Source: an uncultured Pseudomonadales bacterium
Lineage (GTDB): Bacteria; Patescibacteriota; Microgenomatia; UBA1400; PJMF01
DNA: 64,000 nt
NCBI GenBank assembly: GCA_964412775.1
Contig: CAYPPX010000003.1
Coordinates: forward strand, 3,021 to 67,020
Reading direction: 5' to 3'
Within the stretch, counting starts at the first letter, position 1; the number at the start of each line of letters is the position of its first letter. Position numbers and translations under genes: made by a program. Of this stretch, positions 26,393 to 36,664 are shown one piece after another. The notes below the pieces were generated by a model, which had not been told where the DNA came from, did not search any database, and worked only from the letters and a program-made list of their open reading frames with translations.

Positions 26393-29221
26393 ATGAAAAA
26401 ACACTTTGATTTTAGTCAAACACCAGCATTGCCAAAACTAGAAGAGGAAATCTTAAAGTTTTGGGCAGACAACGATACTTTCAAAAAATCAATTGAAATG
26501 AGAGCCAAAAAAGACTCTTACGTTTTTTTTGATGGCCCACCATTTGCCACTGGTTTACCTCACTATGGTCATATTGTGGCCAGTACCATGAAAGATATTG
26601 TGCCTCGTTACTGGACCATGAAAGGTAAAAGAGTTGAGCGTAAATGGGGGTGGGATTGTCATGGTTTACCTATCGAAAACATTGCTGAAAAAGAGCTTGG
26701 TATTAAACGTAAAAAAGAGATTGAAGAGTTGGGTGTGGCTAAATTTAATGATATTTGTCGCTCTAAAGTTTTGTCTTATGTTGATGATTGGAAAAAGATT
26801 ATTACCCGTTTGGGTCGTTGGGCTGATATGGAAGATGACTACAAGACCATGGATCTGGGTTTTATGGAGTCAGTCTGGTGGGTCTTTAAAGAACTTTATG
26901 ATAATGATTTAGTTTATGAAGATTATCGTAGTATGCATATTTGTCCAAGATGTGAAACGACTCTTTCTCAATCAGAAGTGGCTGAAGGTTATAAAGATAT
27001 CAAGGATTTATCTGTAACTGCTGAGTTTAGAATTAAAGATTTTTCTAAGTTTCACCATGGACCAGAAACTGTTTACTTCTTGGCTTGGACTACTACTCCT
27101 TGGACTTTACCAGGAAACTTTTTATTGGCCGTTGGCCCAGAAATAGATTATGTCTTAGTTAAAGGTAATGAAATTGGTAAGCTTTATGTTTTAGCTGAAT
27201 CAAGACTTAAAGAAATTTTTGGTGAAGATGGCTATGAAGTGGTCAGTAAATTTCAAGGTCAAGAACTTGAAGGTTTGAGTTATGAACCACTATTTCCCTA
27301 CTATGCTGAAACAGAAAATGCTTTTAGAGTGGTAGCCGCTGAGTTTGTCGCTACAGAAGAAGGAACAGGCATCGTTCATATTGCTCCTGGTTTTGGTGAT
27401 GATGATTTTAAAATTGGTCAAAAAGAAGGGGTCAAGTTAATTCAGCATGTGGGCATGGATGGTAGATTTAAAGCGGAAGTGACTGACTTTGCTGATCTAG
27501 AAGTCAAACCAAAAGAAGACCACCAACGAACTGATGTCGAGATTATTCGCTATTTAGCTCAACACGATGCTTTATTTAGTAAGAAAAAAATCGAACATAG
27601 TTATCCTCATTGTTGGCGTTGCGATACCCCTCTACTCAACTACGCCACTGGCAGTTGGTTTGTGAGCGTGACTAAAGTCCATGAACGATTATTGAAGTTA
27701 GCCAATAATATCAATTGGTTTCCAGAACACATTAAAGAAGGTCGTTGGGGTAATTGGTTAGAAGGAGCCCGTGATTGGTCAATTAGTCGCCAGCGTTATT
27801 GGGCCAGTGTTATCCCAATTTGGAAATGTAGTTGTGGTAAAACGAAGGTTTATGGCAGTGTCGCTGAGCTAGAAAAAGACAGCGGTAAAAAGATTACCGA
27901 TTTGCACAAACATGTTGTCGATGAGGTGACCGTGCCATGTAGCTGCGGTAAGCAGATGACAAGAATTCCAGATGTACTAGATACTTGGTTTGATAGTGGT
28001 TCCATGCCTTATGGGCAGGCTCATTATCCTTTTGAAAATAAACAAGAGTTTGAAAATAACTTCCCAGCTGAGTTTATTGCTGAAGGTGTTGATCAAACTA
28101 GGGCTTGGTTCTACTACTTACATGTCATTGCTGGTGGCATTAAAAATACTAATGCTTTTAAAAATGTGATTGTTAACGGCATTGTTCTAGCTGAAGATGG
28201 TAAGAAAATGAGTAAGCGTTTACAGAACTACCCAGATCCAGTTTTATTAATCAATAACTATGGTTCAGATAGTTTGAGAATGTATTTAGCTAGTTCGCCA
28301 GTGTTAAAAGCTGAAAACTTGAACTTTAGTGAAAAAGATGTGGCTGATATTCGTCGTAAAGTTTTTGTGATTTGGTGGAATATCATTGGCTTTTATAAGA
28401 GTTTTGTTAAGATTGAAAATCTTGCTAGGCCAACCAAACAGCCAGTCCATGTTTTAGATCGTTGGTTGCTAAGTAGAACTCAGACTTTAATTAAAGAAGT
28501 TACCGAGTTAATGGATGGTTATGATTTAGTTAAATCAAGCCGTTTACTAATGGATTTTGTCAATGAATTATCGACTTGGTACTTGAGATTAAGTCGGGAT
28601 AGATTAAAAACTGGTGCTAGTGCAGAATCAGCTCAAGTGTTTGGCTATGTGCTTTACACCTTGGCCCAATTAATTGCTCCATTTGCTCCATTTTTTGCTG
28701 AAATGGTTCATCAGGCTTTAATTGATGAAAAAACATCCATTCATCATACTGATTGGCCTGGTTTTGATTCAGCTTTACTAAATACAGAGCTTGAAAATCA
28801 AATGAAACTAGTCCAAAAGGTTGTTGAAGCTGGTCATGCTGCTCGTAAACTTAAAGGTGTGAAAGTTAGACAACCTTTAGCCCAAGTTACAATTGCTATG
28901 GCTAACGTTGATCTAAGTGATTTTACTGAATATAGTGAGCTAGTTGCAGCTGAGTTAAATGTTAAAGCAGTTGATTGGCAAAAATCAGAGACAGAGCTTC
29001 AAGTTGATTTTGCTTGGCAATTAACAGCTGAACTTAAAGCTGAGGGTGAGGCTAGAGAGATTATGCGTTCCATCCAAAGTTTGCGTCGTGAAGCTGGTTT
29101 ATCAATGGAGACTCAAGCTCAAGTGATGTTACCTGATTGGCCAAAAACTTGGCAACAAGAAATTGAACAAAAAACTTCAACCAAATTGGTCAAAGGTGAC
29201 AAAATTGCTTTAATTAAGTAA
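26393..29221 (+). CDS. ileS: isoleucine--tRNA ligase
   Basis: Class I HIGH region PHYGHIVAS and KMSKR. Editing and anticodon-binding domains. 942 aa. Confidence 0.95.
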   Translation: MKKHFDFSQTPALPKLEEEILKFWADNDTFKKSIEMRAKKDSYVFFDGPPFATGLPHYGHIVASTMKDIVPRYWTMKGKRVERKWGWDCHGLPIENIAEKELGIKRKKEIEELGVAKFNDICRSKVLSYVDDWKKIITRLGRWADMEDDYKTMDLGFMESVWWVFKELYDNDLVYEDYRSMHICPRCETTLSQSEVAEGYKDIKDLSVTAEFRIKDFSKFHHGPETVYFLAWTTTPWTLPGNFLLAVGPEIDYVLVKGNEIGKLYVLAESRLKEIFGEDGYEVVSKFQGQELEGLSYEPLFPYYAETENAFRVVAAEFVATEEGTGIVHIAPGFGDDDFKIGQKEGVKLIQHVGMDGRFKAEVTDFADLEVKPKEDHQRTDVEIIRYLAQHDALFSKKKIEHSYPHCWRCDTPLLNYATGSWFVSVTKVHERLLKLANNINWFPEHIKEGRWGNWLEGARDWSISRQRYWASVIPIWKCSCGKTKVYGSVAELEKDSGKKITDLHKHVVDEVTVPCSCGKQMTRIPDVLDTWFDSGSMPYGQAHYPFENKQEFENNFPAEFIAEGVDQTRAWFYYLHVIAGGIKNTNAFKNVIVNGIVLAEDGKKMSKRLQNYPDPVLLINNYGSDSLRMYLASSPVLKAENLNFSEKDVADIRRKVFVIWWNIIGFYKSFVKIENLARPTKQPVHVLDRWLLSRTQTLIKEVTELMDGYDLVKSSRLLMDFVNELSTWYLRLSRDRLKTGASAESAQVFGYVLYTLAQLIAPFAPFFAEMVHQALIDEKTSIHHTDWPGFDSALLNTELENQMKLVQKVVEAGHAARKLKGVKVRQPLAQVTIAMANVDLSDFTEYSELVAAELNVKAVDWQKSETELQVDFAWQLTAELKAEGEAREIMRSIQSLRREAGLSMETQAQVMLPDWPKTWQQEIEQKTSTKLVKGDKIALIK

Positions 29222-29264
29222 GCCAGACTTTGTTTCGGTTCAAAAAATGATAGGATAGTTTGAG

Positions 29265-30335
29265 ATGAGAACTCGACTGATTCCGTTAGTATTATTGAGT
29301 CTAGCTGCTTTTAGTTTGGTAACTTTGAGTAGCGTTTCTCCAGACTTAGCTCAAAGACAATTAGTTTTTTGGGTGGTGAGTGGTTTAGTGTTTGTGGTTA
29401 TTAGTAAAGTTCCACTTTATTATTGGTGGAGTTGGGGAAAAGTTTTATGGAAACTACTTTTAGTGGTATTGTTGGCTTTGTTAGTTTTTGGTCGGGTTAC
29501 TAGAGGTGCAACAGCTTGGATTGAACTTGGTTTTGGTTTAAAATTTCAACCATCACAGTTTGCTTTATTAGTTTATTTATTAGTAGTTTTACCTCAGTTT
29601 TCGAAGTTGAAAATGCTAAAAGAAAGTGAACTAGTAAAACTACTAACTTACTTATTAGTTCCAGCAGTGTTAATTTTTTTAGAACCAGATTTTGGGACTG
29701 CTTTTTTATACACTATTGCAGCCAGTGTGGTGGTAATTTGGCAGAAAATTCCTAAAAGATATTGGCAAATTATCTTTGGTTTTTTAGCTGGTTTAGGAAT
29801 TGTTGGTTGGTTGTTTATTTTGCAACCTTACCAAAAATTAAGAGTGACGAGTTTTTTTACTGGTTACCAACTGGAAACATCAGCGGCTAGTTATAATGCT
29901 CGTCAATCATTAATTGCCGTGGGCTCTGGTCAGATTTGGGGTAAAGGGTTGGGACGTGGGACTCAGTCACAATTAAGATTTTTACCAGAAAGACAAACTG
30001 ATTTTATTTTTGCTTCGTTAGCAGAAGAATCTGGCCTAGTTGGGTCACTAATTATCATTGGTTTATATACCACTCTTTTTTTCTTTTTATTGGCTGAAGC
30101 GAATAAAATTAAAGATCCTCAATTATTTTTATTTGTTATCTCGATTTTAGTTTACTTTTTTGTTCAGGTTTTAATTAATATTGGCATGAATATTGGGTTA
30201 CTACCGATTACTGGTGTAACCTTGCCATTTGTTTCTTATGGAGGCAGTTCATTGCTTTCATCGATGGTTTTATTGGCAATTTGCCAACGAATTTTCTTGG
30301 AAAACCCAGTCAGAACTAATCTACGGATTACTTGA
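29265..30335 (+). CDS. rodA: SEDS-family protein, RodA-like (second FtsW/RodA paralogue)
   Basis: LPERQTDFIFASLAEESGLVGS and LPFVSYGGSSLL. About 10 TM helices. Confidence 0.75.
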   Translation: MRTRLIPLVLLSLAAFSLVTLSSVSPDLAQRQLVFWVVSGLVFVVISKVPLYYWWSWGKVLWKLLLVVLLALLVFGRVTRGATAWIELGFGLKFQPSQFALLVYLLVVLPQFSKLKMLKESELVKLLTYLLVPAVLIFLEPDFGTAFLYTIAASVVVIWQKIPKRYWQIIFGFLAGLGIVGWLFILQPYQKLRVTSFFTGYQLETSAASYNARQSLIAVGSGQIWGKGLGRGTQSQLRFLPERQTDFIFASLAEESGLVGSLIIIGLYTTLFFFLLAEANKIKDPQLFLFVISILVYFFVQVLINIGMNIGLLPITGVTLPFVSYGGSSLLSSMVLLAICQRIFLENPVRTNLRIT

Positions 30336-30362
30336 GAAAAGTTTGTGTTATAATACTCCTCT

Positions 30363-30680
30363 ATGTCTAAATATGCAGTGATTCAATTACTAGGAAAACA
30401 ACATCAAGTAGCCGAAGGTGATACCATCGTTGTGGATAGAGTTCCTCAAGAAGAAGGTAAAAAATTCGATGTTACTGACGTTTTATTAGTGGTTGATGGA
30501 GACAAAATCTCCGTCGGTCAACCAACCGTGGATAAAGCAAAGGTTACATTGAGCGTGGTAGCTCAGGGGAAAGGCGAAAAGATTCTTGTGGCTAAATTCA
30601 AGTCCAAATCTCGCTACCGTAAGGTTAATGGTCATCGCCAGCTTCAATCCACCCTCAAAGTTGAAAAAATTGCTGCCTAA
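30363..30680 (+). CDS. rplU: 50S ribosomal protein L21
   Basis: MSKYAVIQLLGKQHQVAEGDTI...KVNGHRQ, the typical bL21 sequence. Confidence 0.9.
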   Translation: MSKYAVIQLLGKQHQVAEGDTIVVDRVPQEEGKKFDVTDVLLVVDGDKISVGQPTVDKAKVTLSVVAQGKGEKILVAKFKSKSRYRKVNGHRQLQSTLKVEKIAA

Positions 30681-31813
30681 TGCAGTACCTACTCCAACTT
30701 GGTAATACTCCTAAACTTTCAGTTTTTGAAGCCAAACAGGTAATTGGTGTTAGTGTTGAACAACTAGATGAACATTTAGCCAAATTTGAGGCTGATAGTA
30801 ATGATCAAGCCATCGAGCTGTTTGAAAAACTTGGTGCCTCTGTCAGACTAATTCAATTGACCAAAGAAGCTCAAGCTTTGGCTGGTCAAACCATTGAAGA
30901 ATTTTTAGCTGATTATTTAATTAATCTAAAACAAGCCAAGTTTAAACTAGCTTGTGCTCAACTGGGTGATGAACAAACCGAACGCCTAGATTTTTATCAA
31001 CTCAAACAATTACTTGAAGCTCAAGACATTAAGGTTCGTTTTGTTGAGGGCTCTCGTTTTGGTTTATCTGCTGCTGTGTTGCTTCACCAAAAAATAGAAG
31101 AATTTGTGGTTTACCAACTAGCTGACCAAGTCGCTATTGGTGAAACCATTGCTATCCAAAACATTGACCACTGGACCAACAAAGATCGTCAAAAGCCTTA
31201 TGCTGATCGTAAAAAAGGTATGTTGCCTCCAAAATTAGCTCGAGTAATGGTTAACTTGGCTACTGGTGGTGGGCATGAAGGTTTACTTTATGATCCTTTT
31301 TGTGGCACTGGTACTGTTCTGATCGAAGGATTAGAGATGGGTTTGAATGTAGCTGGTAGTGATCTTGATCAAGAAGCAGTCATTGGTGCTAAAACTAATC
31401 TGGCTTGGTTTAAAGATCAACAACATTTAACTGGTGAGGTTAATATCTTTCAAGCTGATGTTAGTCAAGTGAAGAAAGAAAGATTTACGCAAGCTGTTGA
31501 CTACTTAGTGACAGAACCATTTTTGGGTAAACCAAAACCAAATTTAGAACAACTTCCTGGTATTTTTAGAGGTTTAGAAAAGCTTTACCTAGGTGCATTC
31601 AAACAATGGCAACAAATTTTACATGATGGCAGTAAATTAGTAGTAGTTTTCCCAAGAGTTGAAGGTGACAAACAAAATTATGATCTCTCTGGCTTAATTG
31701 ACAAATTAAGCGCCCAAGGCTATACTCTTCTGGTCAATTTTGGTGAGCTTAGATATCATCGTAAAGACGCCGTGGTGCAAAGAGATATTTTAATTTTTGA
31801 GTATCACAATTAA
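30680..31813 (+). CDS. class I SAM-dependent RNA methyltransferase (UPF0020/RlmL/Trm11-like, putative)
   Basis: Motif I LYDPFCGTGTVLIEG and motif IV-like VTEPFLG. About 170 aa of N-terminal non-MTase domain. Start overlaps the rplU stop (TAATG). Lies between rplU and rpmA. Confidence 0.55.
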   Translation: MQYLLQLGNTPKLSVFEAKQVIGVSVEQLDEHLAKFEADSNDQAIELFEKLGASVRLIQLTKEAQALAGQTIEEFLADYLINLKQAKFKLACAQLGDEQTERLDFYQLKQLLEAQDIKVRFVEGSRFGLSAAVLLHQKIEEFVVYQLADQVAIGETIAIQNIDHWTNKDRQKPYADRKKGMLPPKLARVMVNLATGGGHEGLLYDPFCGTGTVLIEGLEMGLNVAGSDLDQEAVIGAKTNLAWFKDQQHLTGEVNIFQADVSQVKKERFTQAVDYLVTEPFLGKPKPNLEQLPGIFRGLEKLYLGAFKQWQQILHDGSKLVVVFPRVEGDKQNYDLSGLIDKLSAQGYTLLVNFGELRYHRKDAVVQRDILIFEYHN

Positions 31814-31836
31814 TATTAAATAAGGAGAAATGAATT

Positions 31837-32094
31837 ATGGCACACGTTAAAGGCTCGGGTAGCGTAACCCAACACAAACAAGGTAAAAGACATGGCCGCA
31901 GATTTGGTTTAAAGAAGTCTGGTGGTCAAACCATCACTGTCGGACAAATTATCGTTCGTCAAAAAGGTGCTAAGTACAAGTCAGGCAAAGGGACCAAAAT
32001 GGGTCGAGATTACACTATCTTCTCTATGATTGATGGTGTGGTTGAGTTTGGCAAGAGACTTGGTAAAACTGTGGTTAGAGTTGCTAGTAAATAA
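31837..32094 (+). CDS. rpmA: 50S ribosomal protein L27
   Basis: MAHVKGSGS...GKRHGRRFGLKKSGGQ...IIVRQKGAKYKSG. No N-terminal pro-peptide. Confidence 0.9.
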   Translation: MAHVKGSGSVTQHKQGKRHGRRFGLKKSGGQTITVGQIIVRQKGAKYKSGKGTKMGRDYTIFSMIDGVVEFGKRLGKTVVRVASK

Positions 32095-32114
32095 GCTAGC
32101 TTAAATTGGAAAGG

Positions 32115-32141
32115 AAAAGCCGGGCAATGCCCGGCTTTTTT
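32115..32141. terminator. bidirectional rho-independent terminator
   Basis: AAAAGCCGGGC-aat-GCCCGGCTTTTTT: a GC-rich 7-bp stem with A- and T-runs, between convergent rpmA and the 32147 ORF. Confidence 0.75.
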
Positions 32142-32146
32142 AGTTA

Positions 32147-32533
32147 TTATTTTTTGTCTCTAAGGTATCTTTTTCTTGGCAAATGGGCTGTAGCTTCTGA
32201 AAAAGTTTGTAAATGGCCAGCACTATGTGGTGCATAAATATCAATACCAGCAGTCTGATCAGCCTTTTCATTTCTAAATTGTTGAATATAAAGTTCAATA
32301 ATTCTGAGTACAGCCTGACCTAGTGGACCACGATTTATCAATAGATCAGCGATACTTTCAGTTCCCTTTTGAAACCTGTTCGCATCTTCTAGCTCTTCTA
32401 AAACAGTTTCTAAACTAACTTTAAAGTTTTGATCGACAAACTCAGCAAAGCCTCCCCAAAATGGATCATGTTCCCATTTTCCTTCAACCTCATGCATAAT
32501 TTTTTCTTTTACTAAACTTATATACTCCAGCAC
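32147..32533 (-). CDS. hypothetical protein
   Basis: 128 aa with coding-like composition. Ends at the bidirectional terminator and overlaps the 3' end of the MFS gene. No family recognised. Confidence 0.4.
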   Translation of the reverse strand: MLEYISLVKEKIMHEVEGKWEHDPFWGGFAEFVDQNFKVSLETVLEELEDANRFQKGTESIADLLINRGPLGQAVLRIIELYIQQFRNEKADQTAGIDIYAPHSAGHLQTFSEATAHLPRKRYLRDKK

Positions 32534-33704
32534 TTACTAAAATACTAGTTAAAATAAAGATACCAGTGTAAGCATTAAAAGTCCCAATTTGTTTATTCTC
32601 AGCAAAGTTACCAGCTACTATGGCGAGCAAAACATAAGGGATTTTACTAATCAGGGCCAAAGCAGATAAAGTTGTAGCTCGGTGCTTTGATTCAATCTCT
32701 CTATTTACGACGACAGAGATCCAGGGATAAACCAAATAGCCACTCAGTTCAATTAGTAGAATACTAATTAGGCCAGTTAAGCCAAATAAAAAGTAACTAG
32801 CAATATAGCCAACACCCAGTAAAGCAGTGAGTAAATATAAGCCTTTTTTATCTGAGATTTTTTTTCTCAGCCAAGGAACAGTCAGAACGGTACTAGCGCC
32901 AATAATATATAAAACGGTAAAAATTTTTGATTGGGCAAATGGCGTAAAACCAAATGATTCTAACATGGCTAACTTAAGAAAACCAAAGTCATACAGATAG
33001 TAACCGCCCATTAATGAAAAAATAACCACACTGTAAGGCAAAAGGTTTTGCTTAAAGAGTGCTAGGGTGCCAATTTTTAACTGTTGCCAATAGTTTGACC
33101 AAGAGAATTTCTCACTGTCGATTTTTGGTTCACTAAGTTTTAGTGCTAGATAAAAGGCTATCCCATAAGTTATTCCCCAAGCAATAGTCGGTAATCTATA
33201 GTGAATTTCATATAAATAACCACCAATAAAAACAGCGAGAATTGTTGTCCAACTGGCCAAAGAACTACTGTGACTTACTACTTTTTCATATTCATTTTCT
33301 CTCTTTTTTTCTAACAAAGTGTCATAAACTAATGCCTCAACTGCTCCAGAATTTAGGGCCCAACCAAGGACCAAAAATAGTTGTGCAATAAAAAACATAC
33401 TCAGATGATTGGCTTGAGACATTAGCAAGATGCTCAGGAAAGCGGTACCAGTCCCCAACACAATGGTTTTCTTCTTACCAAATAAATCTGAGATTGCCCC
33501 AGATGGAATCTCCATGAGCAAACCTGCTCCAAAGGTAATCGCGTCAATTACTGCTAGTTGGCGATAGTCCATGAATTTTAACCAGAAAAATAACCAGTTA
33601 GCTGATAAAAACCAAAAGCTAGTAAAACTAGTAAATAAATAAAAAAACTTAATGTTATGTAAATCACTAGCTGGGAACAATTGTTGAAGTTTTTTTTGCA
33701 TCAA
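32490..33704 (-). CDS. MFS transporter
   Basis: About 12 TM helices in two six-helix halves, with a cytoplasmic loop (KKRENEYEK) between them. Confidence 0.65.
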   Translation of the reverse strand: MMQKKLQQLFPASDLHNIKFFYLFTSFTSFWFLSANWLFFWLKFMDYRQLAVIDAITFGAGLLMEIPSGAISDLFGKKKTIVLGTGTAFLSILLMSQANHLSMFFIAQLFLVLGWALNSGAVEALVYDTLLEKKRENEYEKVVSHSSSLASWTTILAVFIGGYLYEIHYRLPTIAWGITYGIAFYLALKLSEPKIDSEKFSWSNYWQQLKIGTLALFKQNLLPYSVVIFSLMGGYYLYDFGFLKLAMLESFGFTPFAQSKIFTVLYIIGASTVLTVPWLRKKISDKKGLYLLTALLGVGYIASYFLFGLTGLISILLIELSGYLVYPWISVVVNREIESKHRATTLSALALISKIPYVLLAIVAGNFAENKQIGTFNAYTGIFILTSILVSAGVYKFSKRKNYA

Positions 33705-33755
33705 ACCTAGTTATTATATTATTCTTTTTTTGGCTTTGTTCGTGAAAAAACCTTT

Positions 33756-34613
33756 GTGAAAAATATAACAATCTATGCTAAAGTGAAGAATATGACAAAA
33801 ATCTCCACTTTAGCCATTGATCAACTTCAAACCAATCCTTTTCAACCAAGAGAAAAAGTAAAAAAAGGTGAACTTGATGAGTTAATAGTTTCAATTAAAA
33901 CTTATGGTGTTTTGGAGCCTTTAGTGGTGGCTGAGACCCCTGCTGGTTATCAGATTATTGCTGGAGAACGCCGTTGGCAGGCAGCTAAAGCTGCTGGTTT
34001 AACAGAAGTGCCTGTGCATGTAAAACGCACTACTCCACAAGGAATGCTAGAAATGGCTTTAGTGGAAAATGTACAAAGAATTAATCTTAATCCAATCGAG
34101 AGAGCTCAAGCTTTTATTAGATTAACTAGAGAATTTAGTTTAAGTTTGAGTGATTTAGCTGAAAGAATTGGTAAGTCTCCAGCCTATATCAGCAACACGG
34201 TTAAACTTTTAGAACTACCTGATGCGGTAACTGATGGTTTAGTTCAGGGTAGGATTAGTGAAGGTCATGCTAGAGCCTTAGCTAGCATTGAAAATGAAGA
34301 GGCAATGGTCGAGTGCTATAAGATTATCTTGAAAGAAAAAGCCTCTGTCAGAAGAACTGAAGATTTGGCTCGTAGATTTAAAGAGGAACTACAAAAGCAG
34401 GGGGCTACCAAACAAGACAGAACCAAACAAATTAAGGAAGCAGACAATCAAGTTAAAGTTTGGGAAAAAGAACTAAATAGTATTTTTCATGCTCCAGCTA
34501 AACTCAAACTTTCTCGTTCAAAAAATCAAACTAGAGTGACGATTACTTTAAAAGGTTCTCCAGAAAAAACTCAAACTGATTTGGAAAAAATCATGGAGTT
34601 GGCGAAGTTATAG
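33756..34613 (+). CDS. parB: ParB/Spo0J-family partition protein (probable start at MTKIS, 33792)
   Basis: ParB box II GERRWQAAKAAGL, LVENVQRINLNPIE, and HTH region ISNTVKLLELP. Confidence 0.8.
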   Translation: MKNITIYAKVKNMTKISTLAIDQLQTNPFQPREKVKKGELDELIVSIKTYGVLEPLVVAETPAGYQIIAGERRWQAAKAAGLTEVPVHVKRTTPQGMLEMALVENVQRINLNPIERAQAFIRLTREFSLSLSDLAERIGKSPAYISNTVKLLELPDAVTDGLVQGRISEGHARALASIENEEAMVECYKIILKEKASVRRTEDLARRFKEELQKQGATKQDRTKQIKEADNQVKVWEKELNSIFHAPAKLKLSRSKNQTRVTITLKGSPEKTQTDLEKIMELAKL

Positions 34614-36357
34614 TATCCGGTGGAATATTTAGCAGTAAAAATAACTTACTAGCCACTCGGTACCAAAGTGGGGCTGCTGTTTCGGCTGCCCAAGGGCTAG
34701 TTTGAGGTTCATTGAGTTTGACCAGCATCACGAAGCGAGGATTTTCTGCTGGCGCAAAGCCAATAAAACTGGCGATGGTGGCATCTTCTTTGTAACCACC
34801 TTTGATGGGAATTTGCGAAGTGCCAGTTTTTCCAGCAACAGTATGAGTATCTTTGAAGATCCACTGAGCCTCACCGTGCTTGGCTGAGTTAATCATCATG
34901 GCCGTTACTTTTTGGGCTGTTTCTGGAGTAATCACTCTTCTCTCTTCGGTTGGTTCAACTGGAATTTCTTTATTAGCTTGGTGATCAATAACAGTTTTTA
35001 TGATTTTGGGTCGCATCATTACGCCCTGATTGGCAATACTACCGACTGCTCTAACCATTTGCATACTATTAGTGCTAATACCCTGACCAAAGGAACTAGT
35101 TGCTAGTTCTACGGGGCCCCATTTTTCTGGGAAGGGTGTTTTAATATCATCTTGTAAGTCTAAATTAATTTTTTCACCAATGCCAAATTTTTTGAGGTAC
35201 TCAACGAATTTATCTTTACCCAATGACTCAGCAATGAAAATCATAGCTGTGTTGTCTGACTTAGCTAGAGCTTCTTCCATTGTAATATTAGGGTGATATT
35301 CATCATTCCAAGTTTTAATCGTATATTTCCCAATTTCTCTAGGACCAGCACAATTTGGACACTGAGTATCTGGTGCTATCACTCCGGCATCAATTCCAGC
35401 AGCCACAGTGAGAGTTTTAAAAGTTGAACCGGGTTCATAAAGGTTAGCTAGACTGGGGTTTTTATATAGTTCCGGTTCAAAAGTATAGTATTTTTTTTGG
35501 TCATATTTTGGCCAAGCAGCTAATCCAAGAATATCTCCAGTTTTTGGATCCATGACAATGATTTCGCCTGAGTTAGCTCCATAGCGTTCAATACTTTTTT
35601 CAAGTTCATTTTCTAATAAAAATTGGATATCTCTTCTGACTGTAAGAACAATATCCCGACCATCTAAATTTTGATTTTCTAGCTTGTTTTCTCCTCCTAG
35701 TAAATTACCCAAGGCATCAGTAAAAAAGTGTTTCTTTTGGAATTTACCCTCTAGCTCTTTGTTTAAAGCTCCCTCTAAGCCAAAATAGCCAAGATCCTGG
35801 CCTTGATCATCTTTCCCAACAAAACCAGTCAAATGAGCGGCCATAGAGGCTTCAGGGTAGTAACGAAGATCGTATGGTTCAAAATAAATAGCCTGATTAT
35901 CAATGGCTTCAATTTTGTTTTTAAGTTCACGGCTGATTTTTGAACTCAATCTAATCCAAGTGCTATCCATTTTCAATCTATCTTCAAGGTATGCTTGGTT
36001 AGCTTTTTTTAGTTGATTAAAGTCTAGTTCGCTACTATCGGTGGCTTCATTAAGGTCTTTTTCAGCCAAAAATGGGCTTAACTCTTGACTAATTTTTTCT
36101 ATCGAGGTATTGATCAAGGATTTATCAATCATCAAGTAATACATTTCTTGATTACCAACAAGTAAATGTTGATCACTAGTAAAGATTTGACCTCTTTTAC
36201 CAAGTTGAATTTGTTGTTGAATTGCTTGGTTTTCTGCAATTTTTTTGAGTGAATAACCTTGAACAATTTGCCAATAAAACAATCTTAAATTAACTCCAGT
36301 AAAAGCGAGTAAGAAAAAAATCAATAATATTTTTGGTCTAATTGAAGAGGACGCCAT
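34591..36357 (-). CDS. ftsI: class B penicillin-binding protein (FtsI-like transpeptidase)
   Basis: N-terminal TM anchor, then the transpeptidase motifs STFK (SxxK), KSDN (SxN), KTGT (KTG). Confidence 0.85.
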   Translation of the reverse strand: MASSSIRPKILLIFFLLAFTGVNLRLFYWQIVQGYSLKKIAENQAIQQQIQLGKRGQIFTSDQHLLVGNQEMYYLMIDKSLINTSIEKISQELSPFLAEKDLNEATDSSELDFNQLKKANQAYLEDRLKMDSTWIRLSSKISRELKNKIEAIDNQAIYFEPYDLRYYPEASMAAHLTGFVGKDDQGQDLGYFGLEGALNKELEGKFQKKHFFTDALGNLLGGENKLENQNLDGRDIVLTVRRDIQFLLENELEKSIERYGANSGEIIVMDPKTGDILGLAAWPKYDQKKYYTFEPELYKNPSLANLYEPGSTFKTLTVAAGIDAGVIAPDTQCPNCAGPREIGKYTIKTWNDEYHPNITMEEALAKSDNTAMIFIAESLGKDKFVEYLKKFGIGEKINLDLQDDIKTPFPEKWGPVELATSSFGQGISTNSMQMVRAVGSIANQGVMMRPKIIKTVIDHQANKEIPVEPTEERRVITPETAQKVTAMMINSAKHGEAQWIFKDTHTVAGKTGTSQIPIKGGYKEDATIASFIGFAPAENPRFVMLVKLNEPQTSPWAAETAAPLWYRVASKLFLLLNIPPDTITSPTP

Positions 36358-36382
36358 AGTTTTGCCTCTTAAATTTTAACAG

Positions 36383-36664
36383 CTAACGAGAAGCCAAGCT
36401 GCTGGATTCAAAGAGAGTAATTGGTTTACCAATAGGATGATATGAATCATCTGAAGTGATTGCAAGTGCAGTTAGTGAGTAGGTCTGGTATTTCTTTTCT
36501 TCCAGGATAGCTAGTTCCTTTTCTTTAGCCGTAACTTCTTTGGTTAAATTTGAGATTTTCTCTCCATGACCAATCGTACTACCAAGTTGGTAAACAGTAG
36601 TAATAGCTTGGAAAATAATCGCCATAGCAATCAAGGAATAGTAAACTTTAACGCCTAATTTCAT
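36383..36664 (-). CDS. ftsL: FtsL-like cell division protein (putative)
   Basis: 93 aa with an N-terminal TM helix then a coiled-coil (KEVTAKEKELAILEEKK). Synteny between rsmH and ftsI. Confidence 0.4.
   Translation of the reverse strand: MKLGVKVYYSLIAMAIIFQAITTVYQLGSTIGHGEKISNLTKEVTAKEKELAILEEKKYQTYSLTALAITSDDSYHPIGKPITLFESSSLASR

Noticed and set aside
26634-26912. 92-aa plus-strand ORF inside ileS
   Set aside because: It is an alternative-frame ORF within a highly conserved aminoacyl-tRNA synthetase gene, hence spurious.
30680-31813. Reading the L21-L27 intervening methyltransferase as a DNA MTase of an R-M system
   Set aside because: There is no adjacent restriction endonuclease or specificity subunit. 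Motif I (DPFCGTGT) and the ribosomal-operon context fit the RNA MTase UPF0020 family better.
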